From NCBI GenBank assembly GCA_965203175.1, contig OZ241867.1, positions 896,001-960,000 of the forward strand: a stretch of 64,000 nucleotides of DNA. The letters run 5' to 3'. Positions 54,745-64,000 of this stretch are shown here, one piece after another. Each line of letters opens with the position of its first letter. Positions within the stretch are counted from its first letter, which is position 1. The notes beneath the pieces are model-generated. The model searched no databases. It had not been told where the DNA came from and was given only the letters and a program-made list of their open reading frames with translations. The DNA comes from Candidatus Latescibacterota bacterium. Its GTDB lineage: Bacteria > Latescibacterota > UBA2968 > UBA8231. Both the position numbers and the translations under genes were made by a program.

Positions 54745-55752
54745 CTACCCAATCTTCACCGTCCGCTGCCCCTTCCCAGCCCTCAACACAGCCGTCGCCA
54801 CCTCCAAGGCGGCGATTCCATCTTCCCCAGTCACCAAGGGCTGTTCGCCATTGGCAAAGCACTTGACCACGTGTTTGTCCTGGTCGGCGAACATGTCCTT
54901 GAGCGGATAGGAGTACACCCGCTCGCGGCCTTCGCCCATCTTGAGCGTAAAAGCACCGCTTTTTTCCGGATTGAAGCGCGCCGGGGCCTTTTGCGCGGTC
55001 ATGCCAAATTGCAAGGTGCCGGCCGGGCCAATCACATCGTTGAGGCTCGCCACGGGCGCGCCAGCGGCCACGCCCCACGACCAGATCAAGGCGTGCTGGT
55101 CGCCGCTGGCGAAGTTGACGATGACGCTAGCGGTGTCAGCGCCGACGCTGGTGGGGTCGAATTGCAGGGAAGAGGCTTGTGCCGAGGCAGCCGGGCCGAA
55201 AATCTGCAAAGCGAAATCGTAGTTGTGCACGGCACCGTCCATCAGCGGACCGCCGCCTTTGTTCTCATCGCGAAACCACGGACGGCCCGGGCGGCCCCCC
55301 CCAGCAAAGCGCCAGATAACCGGCGAGCCGACGGCACCGGATTGGACGATTTCCTTGAGCTTGCCCCACTGAGTATCAAAGCGGCGCACAAAGCCAATGG
55401 TCAGCCGCACATCGGCTTGGCGGCAAGCATTCGCCATGCGCCGCGCATCAGCCACCTTCAGCGCCATGGGCTTCTCGCAGAACACGTGCTTGCCGGCTTT
55501 GGCTGCGGCGATGACCGGGGCGGGATGCTGGAAGGTGGGGGTGCAGACCCACACCGCGTCGATCTCGGGCAGATCGAGCACTGCTCGGAAGTCCGCAAAG
55601 TGGTGTTCGGCTCCGAAGTCGCGGGCGAACGCCTCGGCCGCATCGGCGACTACATCCGCGACCGCGACAATGCGCGTACCCCGGATCTGAGTTAAGCACT
55701 TGGCGTGATGGCGGGCAATGCCGCCGCAGCCGATAAAACCGACATTCAGCAT
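54745..55752 (-). CDS. Gfo/Idh/MocA-family oxidoreductase
   Basis: GFIGCGGIA, HVFCEKPMA, GGGPLMDGAVH. Confidence 0.93.
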   Translation of the reverse strand: MLNVGFIGCGGIARHHAKCLTQIRGTRIVAVADVVADAAEAFARDFGAEHHFADFRAVLDLPEIDAVWVCTPTFQHPAPVIAAAKAGKHVFCEKPMALKVADARRMANACRQADVRLTIGFVRRFDTQWGKLKEIVQSGAVGSPVIWRFAGGGRPGRPWFRDENKGGGPLMDGAVHNYDFALQIFGPAASAQASSLQFDPTSVGADTASVIVNFASGDQHALIWSWGVAAGAPVASLNDVIGPAGTLQFGMTAQKAPARFNPEKSGAFTLKMGEGRERVYSYPLKDMFADQDKHVVKCFANGEQPLVTGEDGIAALEVATAVLRAGKGQRTVKIG

Positions 55753-55897
55753 GATCTTCTCCTATTGGGACGTAGATAGTTGCGAGAGCAACAGTAATGT
55801 GTCTAGCGCGGCGTTTGTCAAGGGACGGCCCGGAATCCAAAAGAGGCAACTCCTTGTCAAACAAAATGTTACAACGCCTATAAACACTTGGCTTACC

Positions 55898-55926
55898 TTG
55901 ACTTTTCCCTAGTCCAAGTATAGCTT
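55898..55926 (+). promoter_or_regulatory. Putative sigma70 promoter TTGACT-N17-TAGCTT
   Basis: Located in the AT-rich divergent intergenic region ~40 nt before GTG 55967. Confidence 0.45.
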
Positions 55927-55966
55927 TTTTAATTCTTTTCTCTAAGGGAAAGGCAAGCAAAAGGTC

Positions 55967-57709
55967 GTGCAGACCTCATTTCGCATACTAGTCACACTGG
56001 CATCGTTGCTCTTGGCTACCCCCGCGCTCCGCGCACAACCTTTCATGGAGCCAAGCGAGTTGCGCCGAGGCATGAGCGGCTTTGGGCTGACGACCTTCCA
56101 GGGCACACAGATCGACACCTTCCAAGTCGAAATCTTGGGGGTGCTAAAAGGGGCCTTGGGGCCGCGCATGGACATGATTCTCGCCCGACTCTCCGGCGGC
56201 CCATTGGAACACACGGGCCTAATAAGGGGCATGAGCGGCAGCCCGGTGTACATCGACGGGCGGCTCATCGGTGCCATCGCTTATGGTTTTTACTTTTCCA
56301 AGGATCCCATCGCCGGCATCACCCCCATCGCCCACATGCTCGACGTCGCCACGCGCGAACATCCCACGCCAAGCCAGTACGGAAAAGTCTTAGAACTAGA
56401 TGAAGAGACCACCCGTCTGCTCGGTAGCGAGGGCGGCAGCACCCTAGCACCACTGGGGATGCCCATAGCAGTTTCTGGCTTCAGTCCGAGGGGGCGGCAA
56501 GTGTTGCGCGACGCGCTCGACGCGCCGAACATCCAGCTTTTGGACAGCCCGGCAGGGCAGGGGTTGTCCGACCAAGAGGTATCCATTGCGCCTGGGGCCC
56601 CGCTGGCCGTGCAGCTAATCCGAGGCGATTACAGCGCCGCAGGGATCGGCACCCTTACCTGGGTCGGCGACGGGCGTTTCGTCGGCTTTGGGCATCCGAT
56701 GTTTTTTCTTGGGGCCACCAACCTGCCCGCTACCGGAGCCTATATCCACCAAGTCATTCCCATTCAGACTTTCTCCTTTAAGTTGGGTACGCCGACCGGC
56801 GCAATGGGAACGGTGCGCCAAGACCGCCTGCCCGCGATCGCCGGAATGCTGGGCGAAGCGCCGGACATGCTGCCAGTGCGGGTTGCCCTGCGGTCGGCGG
56901 TTGGCGACCACGCCTTCCGCTGCGAGGTACTGCGCCATCCCGAGCGTAGCGCGTCCTTTGTCAGCTCGGTTTTGTTCAACTCCCTCGAAACGGCTGAAAA
57001 GCTCTTTGGCGACGCCACGCTGCGGATGCGCAGCCACATCGCGCTGGCCGACGGCCGCACAGTGGAGCGCGAGCAAATGTACAGCAGCGGAGTCGCGCTG
57101 CTCAGAGCCGTGATAGACGCAGTGCAACCGGTCAGCGTGCTGCTCAACAACCCCTTCGCAGGGCTGGCCTTAGACTCGCTGCACTTTGAGTTGGAAATCG
57201 GCGAAACCCTATCCCAAGCCCGCATCACGGGCCTGCGATTGTCGCCGCCTGAACCCAAGGTTGGACAGCGAGTTTCGCTGCAAGCGACGTTGCAACCGTA
57301 TCGCGCCGAGCCGGTCACAGAGCGCCTAGAGTTGGATTTGCCCGCGCATCTCGAACCCGGCCCCTTCGTCGTGCGCGTCGGCAGCGGTGTGGCGAGCACG
57401 CGTTGGGAAGCGGCGCGCCAGCCCGATGCGTTTGTGCCGCGCAATGCCTCTGACTTGATCGCATTGCTCGAGAGCACGGGCGCTGCCGACGAACTGGTCG
57501 TCGAGGTCTTTCGCGCGGAACCGGGCTTTACGGTAGACGGGCGCGAGTTGCCCGGGCTGCCTCCCTCGGCGTTGGCCGTGCTGAGCGCGGACCGCTCGGC
57601 TGGGCACCTGGGGCCGGTCCAAGGCGAGGTTGTCCTTCGCCGCACCCTAACCACTGACTACGTCCTCTTCGGCGAGCAAAGCCTCGACATTACACTGAGA
57701 AAGCCCTGA
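55967..57709 (+). CDS. SpoIVB-like peptidase S55 domain protein, secreted
   Basis: Signal peptide; FQVEILGV, GMSGSPVYIDGRLIGA, GFGHP, QDR. Confidence 0.88.
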   Translation: MQTSFRILVTLASLLLATPALRAQPFMEPSELRRGMSGFGLTTFQGTQIDTFQVEILGVLKGALGPRMDMILARLSGGPLEHTGLIRGMSGSPVYIDGRLIGAIAYGFYFSKDPIAGITPIAHMLDVATREHPTPSQYGKVLELDEETTRLLGSEGGSTLAPLGMPIAVSGFSPRGRQVLRDALDAPNIQLLDSPAGQGLSDQEVSIAPGAPLAVQLIRGDYSAAGIGTLTWVGDGRFVGFGHPMFFLGATNLPATGAYIHQVIPIQTFSFKLGTPTGAMGTVRQDRLPAIAGMLGEAPDMLPVRVALRSAVGDHAFRCEVLRHPERSASFVSSVLFNSLETAEKLFGDATLRMRSHIALADGRTVEREQMYSSGVALLRAVIDAVQPVSVLLNNPFAGLALDSLHFELEIGETLSQARITGLRLSPPEPKVGQRVSLQATLQPYRAEPVTERLELDLPAHLEPGPFVVRVGSGVASTRWEAARQPDAFVPRNASDLIALLESTGAADELVVEVFRAEPGFTVDGRELPGLPPSALAVLSADRSAGHLGPVQGEVVLRRTLTTDYVLFGEQSLDITLRKP

Positions 57710-57713
57710 TCTA

Positions 57714-59741
57714 ATGGTACTTACAACCCGAGTCCTGTTTTCGTTTTTCTTGCTCCTATCGGCGGTCAGCGCAACCGAAGCGGGGCGCGCCAAGGCTTGG
57801 CAGCAGCACGCGTACGACGACTTTGCCGAAGGCGAGAGCGAGGGCATCTCCATCGCCGCAGACGGCGTGTTGGAACTAGCGCCCGCACTCGTCGAGCTAG
57901 CCTCATTCGAGGCCGAGCGCGTCTGGTCCATGATACCCAATCCCAAGGGGGGACTCTACGTGGGCACCGGCGACTCAGGCAGGCTCTTTGCCGTCGATGA
58001 CGAGGGGCAAGCCGAGTTGCTATTTGACTCGCCCGAACTCGTCCTCCACGCCCTGATCGTCGGCCCCAATGGTCGGCTCCACGCTGGCTCGGCCCCCGAC
58101 GGCCTAGTCTACGAGATCAACGGCGAGGGGCAGGCAAAAACCTTGCTCCAGACTGGCAGCCGCTACGTATGGGATCTCGCCCTGATTGAAGGCCAGCTCT
58201 ACGCGGCCACGGGCGAGCCCGGCCGAGTGCTCAAAATAGCCAAAGATGGGTCGCACGAAGCCTTCTTTACGCCAGAAGACCGCCACGTTATAACCCTGCT
58301 CGCCCACAACGACCGCTTGTACGCCGGCACGGCCGGCAAGGGCCGCATCTACGAGATCAACGGCGAGGGCCGCGGGCGGCTGCTCTTTGAAAGCGAGCAA
58401 GAAGAAATTCACAACCTAGTGGTAGGGGTCAGCGGAGAAATTTTCGCCAGCGCGATTCCCGCGCCGAGCAAGGGCGAAAATTCCAATAAGGTCCCGGCGG
58501 CCGTGTACCGCGTCGGAGTGGAGGGGGCGGTTTATCCCATTTGGGAAGAGACCGAAACCAAGCTCGTCAATCTCGTTGCAGCCGGTGAGGACCTGCTGCT
58601 CAGCACCTCCAACCCGGCACAGCTTTTGCGCCTCAGCGCCGATGGCCGCCGTGCGTTGGTCGTGCAGTTCGAGAGCTTTGTCCCCAGCCGCCTCTTGTTC
58701 GGATCAGGCGGCGCGCTCCACTTGGGCGGGGCGCAAAAGGCCGTCGTCTCCACCCTACCCGAGAAGGGCCGCCGCAAGGGGCACTTTGAATCAGCGGTCG
58801 AGGATTTTGCCATCCACGCGCGGTGGGGGGCGCTCGAATGGCGCGGCACCCAACCTGCAGACACCCGCATAACCGTGCAGACGCGCACCGGCAACAGCGA
58901 AGAGCCAGACAAAACTTGGAGCGCGTGGTCTGAGCCGCTGACCGAGAGCGGCCAAACCATCGCCAGCCCCCCCGCTCGCTTTATCCAGTACCGGGTCGAG
59001 ATGGAATCCACGCGCGACGGGGCCACGCCCCGACTCAGCTCGATCGAAATCCGCGGCGTCCAAGTCAACCTCAAACCCCGCATTACCGAGCTGCAAACCT
59101 TTCCCTTCCGGCCGCAACAATCCGGCAACGGCGGTCAATCCCAAGGAGCACCTCAAGCTGGTCAAGGGCGGCGCAACAATCGCCCCCCCCAAGCGAAAAG
59201 TCTGCGCCTAGTGCGCTGGCACGCCCAAGACCCCAACGAGGACGAGCTAGTGTACGACCTCTACCTCAAGGGCGAGGATCAGCGAGCGTGGAAGCTGGTC
59301 GAAGAAAACATCGCGCACACCTCGGTTCTCTGGGACACCGAATCCATGCCTGAAGGCCAGACCCAGCTCAAGCTGGTGGCCTCCGATCGCATAGACAACC
59401 CCGCGACCGAAAGCCTGCGCGACGAGCGCGAAAGCATGCCCTTTGCCATCGACAACAGTCCACCGACCGTTGAACTCGACGCGCAGACCAGCGCCGATGG
59501 TGCAGTCGTCGAAGTGGCAATTAGCGACCGCATCTCAGCGGTGCAAAAAGCCTATTACACCATGGACTACGGCGAACAACAGCACCCCATCGCGCCGTTG
59601 GACGGCGTCTTTGACAGCCGCAGCGAAAAGGCGCGCTTTGCCGTCGAAGGGCTGGCAGCGGGCGAGCACGTCATTGTCGTGCGGGCCATCGACGCCCTCG
59701 ACAACATCGGCGTGCGGCAAATCGTCATTCAAGTCAAGTGA
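57714..59741 (+). CDS. Secreted beta-propeller plus Ig/Fn3-like protein
   Basis: Signal peptide; LYVGTG/LYAATG/LYAGTA blades; DPNEDELVY, IDNSPP. Confidence 0.78.
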   Translation: MVLTTRVLFSFFLLLSAVSATEAGRAKAWQQHAYDDFAEGESEGISIAADGVLELAPALVELASFEAERVWSMIPNPKGGLYVGTGDSGRLFAVDDEGQAELLFDSPELVLHALIVGPNGRLHAGSAPDGLVYEINGEGQAKTLLQTGSRYVWDLALIEGQLYAATGEPGRVLKIAKDGSHEAFFTPEDRHVITLLAHNDRLYAGTAGKGRIYEINGEGRGRLLFESEQEEIHNLVVGVSGEIFASAIPAPSKGENSNKVPAAVYRVGVEGAVYPIWEETETKLVNLVAAGEDLLLSTSNPAQLLRLSADGRRALVVQFESFVPSRLLFGSGGALHLGGAQKAVVSTLPEKGRRKGHFESAVEDFAIHARWGALEWRGTQPADTRITVQTRTGNSEEPDKTWSAWSEPLTESGQTIASPPARFIQYRVEMESTRDGATPRLSSIEIRGVQVNLKPRITELQTFPFRPQQSGNGGQSQGAPQAGQGRRNNRPPQAKSLRLVRWHAQDPNEDELVYDLYLKGEDQRAWKLVEENIAHTSVLWDTESMPEGQTQLKLVASDRIDNPATESLRDERESMPFAIDNSPPTVELDAQTSADGAVVEVAISDRISAVQKAYYTMDYGEQQHPIAPLDGVFDSRSEKARFAVEGLAAGEHVIVVRAIDALDNIGVRQIVIQVK

Positions 59742-60835
59742 ACCAGCCCGCGCAATACATGCGCCGCGCTTTGCGGTTAGCGCAGCGAGGGCGCGGTAAG
59801 GTCAGCCCCAATCCCATGGTCGGCGCAGTTGTGGTGCGCGGGGACTGCATCGTCGGCGAAGGAGCCCACCTGAAGGTCGGCGGCCCCCATGCCGAGATCC
59901 ACGCCCTACGCCGAGCCGGTGACGAGGCGCGGGGGGCCGATCTCTATGTCACGCTAGAGCCTTGCTCCTTCCAGGGCCGCACTCCGCCCTGTACTGAAGC
60001 TGTACTACGCGCTGGCATTAAACGGCTCTACTGCGCGATGGAAGATCCCGACGAGCGCGCGGCTGGGCGGGGGATCGCTGCGCTGCGGGAAAAGGGCGTC
60101 GCCATTGACGTTGGACTTTGCGCTGAAGAGGCGCAGCGCCTCAACGCGGCTTACATCAAACACCGCACCCAAAACCTGCCCTTGGTCCTGCTCAAGCTGG
60201 CGCAGACCCTCGACGGTCGCATTGCGGCGCGCAGCGGCGATGCGCGTTGGATTACCGGTGATCAAGCGCGGCGCCACGTCCATCGCTGGCGCTCTTGGGT
60301 CGATGCTGTGGCCGTGGGCGCGGGCACCGTGCAAGCGGACGATCCTCTTTTGACGGTGCGCCACGTACCCGGGCGCGACCCGCGGCCCATCGTCATAGAC
60401 GGGCGCTTGCACACCGCGCCCGAAGCGCGCGTCTATCAGCGGCCCGGTGCCGTGCTCGTCACCGCAGAGAACACGCCAGTCGACAAGCGTCGTGCCTATG
60501 CGGCCAAGGGAGCCGAGGTTTGGACTTTTCCGGCTTCTGCCGGGCGCATCGACTTGCGCCAGCCCCTTGGGCGCATGGCGCGAGAGGGCATGACCAGCGT
60601 CCTCATCGAAGGCGGTGGCCAGTTGGCCGCGGCCGCACTCGGCGACCGCGTCGTTGACCAAGTGCTGCTCTACATCGCACCGCGGCTGATGGGCGAGGGG
60701 GTTGCTGCCATTGGCGACTTGGGAGTCGAACGCGCGGCCGAAGCCATTCGCCTCGCGTCCAGCCGCATCCAGCGGCTAGGCCCTGACCTACTCTACACAG
60801 CTGAAGTACAATACACTTGTTCACCGGACTCATAG
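59738..60835 (+). CDS. ribD: Bifunctional riboflavin deaminase/reductase
   Basis: PNPMVG, HAE, TLEPC..RTPPC, LDGRIA, IEGGG. Confidence 0.96.
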   Translation: MNQPAQYMRRALRLAQRGRGKVSPNPMVGAVVVRGDCIVGEGAHLKVGGPHAEIHALRRAGDEARGADLYVTLEPCSFQGRTPPCTEAVLRAGIKRLYCAMEDPDERAAGRGIAALREKGVAIDVGLCAEEAQRLNAAYIKHRTQNLPLVLLKLAQTLDGRIAARSGDARWITGDQARRHVHRWRSWVDAVAVGAGTVQADDPLLTVRHVPGRDPRPIVIDGRLHTAPEARVYQRPGAVLVTAENTPVDKRRAYAAKGAEVWTFPASAGRIDLRQPLGRMAREGMTSVLIEGGGQLAAAALGDRVVDQVLLYIAPRLMGEGVAAIGDLGVERAAEAIRLASSRIQRLGPDLLYTAEVQYTCSPDS

Positions 60836-61446
60836 AGGAACTCGGAAACGTGCGCGGCCGCGTGCGCCGAGGCGCATTCCAGCAGTTGGAAATCGAGGCC
60901 GAGCGCGTTCTCGACGGCTTGCAGGTGGGAGACAGCGTCAATATCGACGGGGCTTGTCAGACCGCGGTGGCCATTGGAGAAAGCGGCTTTTCAGTCGAGA
61001 CAGTCGCCGAAACGCTCTCCCGCACGACCTTGGGCACCCTCGGTATCGGGCAAGCGGTCAATCTAGAACGCCCCCTCCGCGCCAACCAGCGGCTCGATGG
61101 TCACCTCGTCTTGGGACACGTCGATGGCATAGCCCGCATTCGCCAGCGCACGGAGCGCGACGGGGAGCATCGCTTCGAGATCGAGCCGCCGCCCGCGCTC
61201 GCCCGCTACATCGCCGCCAAAGGCTCGGTGGCTCTCGACGGCATCAGCCTGACGGTGGCCGAGGTCAGCGGCGATGCCTTTACGGTTGCGGTCATACCGC
61301 ATACATTTGACAATACAACGCTTAGCCACCGGCGCGCCGGTGATTCTGTCAACCTCGAAGTCGATGTAATCGCCCGTTATGTCGAGCGTTTGCTCGGCGG
61401 ACAACCCCAGCTCAGCTTCGAGGACATGCGCGATATGGGATACTGA
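60817..61446 (+). CDS. ribE: Riboflavin synthase alpha chain
   Basis: MFTGLIEE, VNLER, GHVDG, KGSVALDGISLTV, VNLEVD. Confidence 0.96.
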   Translation: MFTGLIEELGNVRGRVRRGAFQQLEIEAERVLDGLQVGDSVNIDGACQTAVAIGESGFSVETVAETLSRTTLGTLGIGQAVNLERPLRANQRLDGHLVLGHVDGIARIRQRTERDGEHRFEIEPPPALARYIAAKGSVALDGISLTVAEVSGDAFTVAVIPHTFDNTTLSHRRAGDSVNLEVDVIARYVERLLGGQPQLSFEDMRDMGY

Positions 61447-61449
61447 GCA

Positions 61450-62700
61450 ATGCTCGATTTCAACACCATTGAAGAAGTCGTCGAGGACCTGCAAAACGGC
61501 CGCATGGTCGTGCTCGTCGACGAGTGCGAAGCTGTGGGCGAAGGTGTGCTGGTAATGCTCGCCGAGCAAGCCACTGCCACCTCGGTCAACTTCATGACCC
61601 GCTGCGCCAGCAGCCCGCCCGTGGTTGCCGCCACCGAGGAGCACCTCAAAGCCCTTGAACTGCACATGCAGATTCCCAAGGCCCACGAGCCGATGGACGC
61701 CTCGATCATGGTCTCGGTCAATGCCCGCGCCATTGAGGGCACCGGCGTTTCAGCTCAGGATCGCGCCGCGACTATCCGCAAACTAGCCGACCCCGACAGT
61801 GCGCCCGAAGACTTCGTCCAGCCCGGGCACGTCACTCCGCTCCAAGCCCAACCGGGCGGGGTGTTGCGCCGCGCCGGCCATACCGAAGCCTCGGTCGATT
61901 TGGCGCAGATGGCCGATTGCCAGCCCGTGGCCTTGATCGCCGCCATCCTAGATGAAGCGGGTGCGCTGGCCGACGCGTCCTACCTGCTCAACTTCGCGCG
62001 CGAACACGACCTCAAGATCACCACCATCCACGACCTGATTGCCCATCGCCGCCGCACCGAGAAACTGATTCATTTAGAGGCTCAGTCGCCCATGCCAACC
62101 AGCTACGGCGAATTCACGGCCTATGCGTACCGCAGCTTGGTTGACGACAACCCGTACCTCGCCCTCGTGTACGGCGAGGTCGCCGACGGCCGCGACACCT
62201 TGGTGCGCATGCACTCGGGTTGTCTGACCGGCGACGCGCTCGGCTCGCTGCTGTGCGACTGCGGTGAGCAGCTAGCACAATCCATGCAACTCATTGCCGC
62301 AGAGGGGCGCGGCGTTATCGTATATATTCAGCACCACGAGGGCCGCGGCATCGGCATTCTGCACAAGCTCAAGGCATACGAGCTGCAACAGCAGCAGGGC
62401 CTCGACACCATCGAAGCCAACCACGCCCTCGGCCACCCCATGGACTCGCGCGACTACGGCATCGGTGCCCAAGTGCTCTACGACCTAGGATTGCGCCGAG
62501 TGCGCTTTTTGACCAACAATCCCAAAAAGCGGGTCGGCTTGGATGCCTACGGCCTGACCGTCGTCGAGCAAGTGCCCATTGAGGCCGCTCCCAACCCCCA
62601 CAATATCCGCTATCTAACAACCAAGCGCGACAAGATGGGCCACGCCCTCTTGCTCAAGCGCGCAGCCGCCGAGGACGAAAACCATGCCAAAAGTGCATGA
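61450..62700 (+). CDS. ribBA: RibBA fusion (DHBP-synthase-like domain + GTP cyclohydrolase II)
   Basis: [15 protein letters not shown]; [29 protein letters not shown]. Confidence 0.93.
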   Translation: MLDFNTIEEVVEDLQNGRMVVLVDECEAVGEGVLVMLAEQATATSVNFMTRCASSPPVVAATEEHLKALELHMQIPKAHEPMDASIMVSVNARAIEGTGVSAQDRAATIRKLADPDSAPEDFVQPGHVTPLQAQPGGVLRRAGHTEASVDLAQMADCQPVALIAAILDEAGALADASYLLNFAREHDLKITTIHDLIAHRRRTEKLIHLEAQSPMPTSYGEFTAYAYRSLVDDNPYLALVYGEVADGRDTLVRMHSGCLTGDALGSLLCDCGEQLAQSMQLIAAEGRGVIVYIQHHEGRGIGILHKLKAYELQQQQGLDTIEANHALGHPMDSRDYGIGAQVLYDLGLRRVRFLTNNPKKRVGLDAYGLTVVEQVPIEAAPNPHNIRYLTTKRDKMGHALLLKRAAAEDENHAKSA

Positions 62701-63151
62701 AGGCCAGCTCGACGCCCGAGGCCGCAAGTTCGGCATTGCGGTGAGCCGCTTCAACGACTTGGTGACCACCCGGCTCCTCGACGGCGCGTTGGACTGCATC
62801 CAGCGACACGGCGGCGACGGCAGCGACATAGAAATTGCCTGGGTTCCCGGTGCCTTTGAATTGCCCATTGCCGCCAAAAAGCTAGCGGGCACGGGTCGCT
62901 TTGACGTCGTCATCTGCCTGGGGGCCATCGTCCGCAGCGATACGCCCCACTTCGACTACGTGGCCAGCGAGTCGGCCAAGGGCATTGCCCGCGTCGGCCT
63001 CGACAGCGGCATCCCAGTGATCTTTGGCGTCATCACCGCTGACACGGTCGAGCAGGCCGTGCAGCGCGCGGGCGTCAAGGCCGGCAATCGCGGCTGGGAC
63101 GCCGCCCTCAACGCGGTTGAGATGGCCAGCTTGATGGCCGAGTTAGGATGA
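62684..63151 (+). CDS. ribH: Lumazine synthase
   Basis: [25 protein letters not shown]. Confidence 0.97.
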   Translation: MPKVHEGQLDARGRKFGIAVSRFNDLVTTRLLDGALDCIQRHGGDGSDIEIAWVPGAFELPIAAKKLAGTGRFDVVICLGAIVRSDTPHFDYVASESAKGIARVGLDSGIPVIFGVITADTVEQAVQRAGVKAGNRGWDAALNAVEMASLMAELG

Positions 63152-63615
63152 GCGGCGAGGACGATTTTTTTGGTGATGGGACCTCTGCCGACGAGGCACC
63201 TCCCAACAACCGCCACGGCGCCCGTCAAGTGGCCTTGCAGGCCCTGTACTGGGAACAGAGCGCGGCGACCGACTCACTCGGCGCTTTGGATCAACTCTGT
63301 GCGCGCTTTGGCCTCGCGCCAGAGGTGCAATCCTTTGCAGCCGAACTCTTGCAGCGCGCAGCCGAGCATGCGGACGAACTGGACGCGCTGGCCGCAGCCC
63401 GGGTCCAGCACTGGCGCTGGGAGCGCATCGCCCGCATTGATCGCTTAATCTTGCGCTTGGCCTTGGCCGAAATGCTCTTTATTGAGGAAATACCAGTCCG
63501 GGTCTCCATCTTTGAGGCTGTCGAACTAGCCAAGTCCTACAGCACCGACAAGTCCTATGCCTTCGTCAATGGCGTCCTCGACGGCGTCGTGCGCCAGAAG
63601 GGACTCAGCGTCTGA
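63148..63615 (+). CDS. nusB: Transcription antitermination factor NusB
   Basis: [38 protein letters not shown]. Confidence 0.95.
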   Translation: MSGEDDFFGDGTSADEAPPNNRHGARQVALQALYWEQSAATDSLGALDQLCARFGLAPEVQSFAAELLQRAAEHADELDALAAARVQHWRWERIARIDRLILRLALAEMLFIEEIPVRVSIFEAVELAKSYSTDKSYAFVNGVLDGVVRQKGLSV

Positions 63616-63697
63616 GGTTGACCATGTGTAGAGACCCGCAACGCAGTGCTCGGTTTCAGTCCACACCCATGTGGCCCTAGTTTTAAGAGGATTTAGT

Positions 63698-64000
63698 ATG
63701 CTCAAATCGCTCGTAAAAAATTTCTTCGGCTCGCAGGCCGATCGCCAGTTTAAGCGCACATTGCCACAAGTGAGCCAGATCAGCCAGCTAGCGGCTTCGT
63801 ACCAATCCCTGAGCGACGCCCAGCTCCAAGCCAAAACCGCGACTTTCCGCCAAGATCTGCAGGCGCGCAACGCGGACAGCCGACAGCAGCTCGAAGTAAT
63901 CGAAGAGCGCCTGCGCGGCGATCTAGAACCTGAACAGCGCGAGCAGTTCAACGACCAGTACGGAGAGCTAGACAAAACCATCCGCGACATGGAAGCGGCC
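63698..64000 (+). CDS. secA: Preprotein translocase SecA (N-terminal part; runs off the window end)
   Basis: Manual translation MLKSLVKNFFGSQADRQFKR...LSDAQLQAKTADFR followed by a helical insertion. Confidence 0.85.
   Translation, partial: MLKSLVKNFFGSQADRQFKRTLPQVSQISQLAASYQSLSDAQLQAKTATFRQDLQARNADSRQQLEVIEERLRGDLEPEQREQFNDQYGELDKTIRDMEAA

Noticed and set aside
55753-59760. FMN riboswitch for the rib genes
   Set aside because: ribD overlaps the upstream gene, and the upstream intergenic region lacks recognisable FMN aptamer motifs

Overview
GC-rich bacterial chromosomal window. It is probably from an FCB-superphylum lineage such as Latescibacterota/Gemmatimonadota; this is an inference from the SecA N-terminal insertion, the TAVE..WGxIK and FlgD-type C-terminal tails, and the PhyH expansion. 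From left to right it contains: (1) a ~19 kb minus-strand operon-like block (20680->1935) with a CBM9-like protein ending in WGRIK, three paralogous secreted proteins with FlgD/CHU_C-like C-terminal domains, two paralogous ~930-aa putative outer-membrane proteins, a PpiC lipoprotein, an unknown 631-aa enzyme, an HpcH aldolase and a 2-hydroxyacid dehydrogenase; (2) a TPR / beta-helix / CRTAC1-UnbV / GH36 / MFS-spermidine-synthase block; (3) a two-gene island (AAA_14-DUF4143 ATPase plus a NACHT/STAND NTPase with a C-terminal PD-(D/E)xK domain) behind a 127-bp tandem duplication carrying a palindrome; (4) a small-molecule metabolism region with three PhyH dioxygenases (one with a halogenase-like HxG motif), two class IV aminotransferases, a dipeptidase-like protein, GNAT, isochorismatase, cupin, MBL and enolase-family dehydratase; (5) a toxin-antitoxin patch made mostly of orphan antitoxins, plus MNT-HEPN and a pentapeptide-repeat protein; (6) a SpoIVB-like peptidase, a propeller protein and ribD-ribE-ribBA-ribH-nusB-secA, where the RibB half of ribBA looks catalytically degenerate. 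I recognised no rRNA, tRNA, CRISPR array, transposase or integrase. All calls come from motif recognition by eye; no searches were run.
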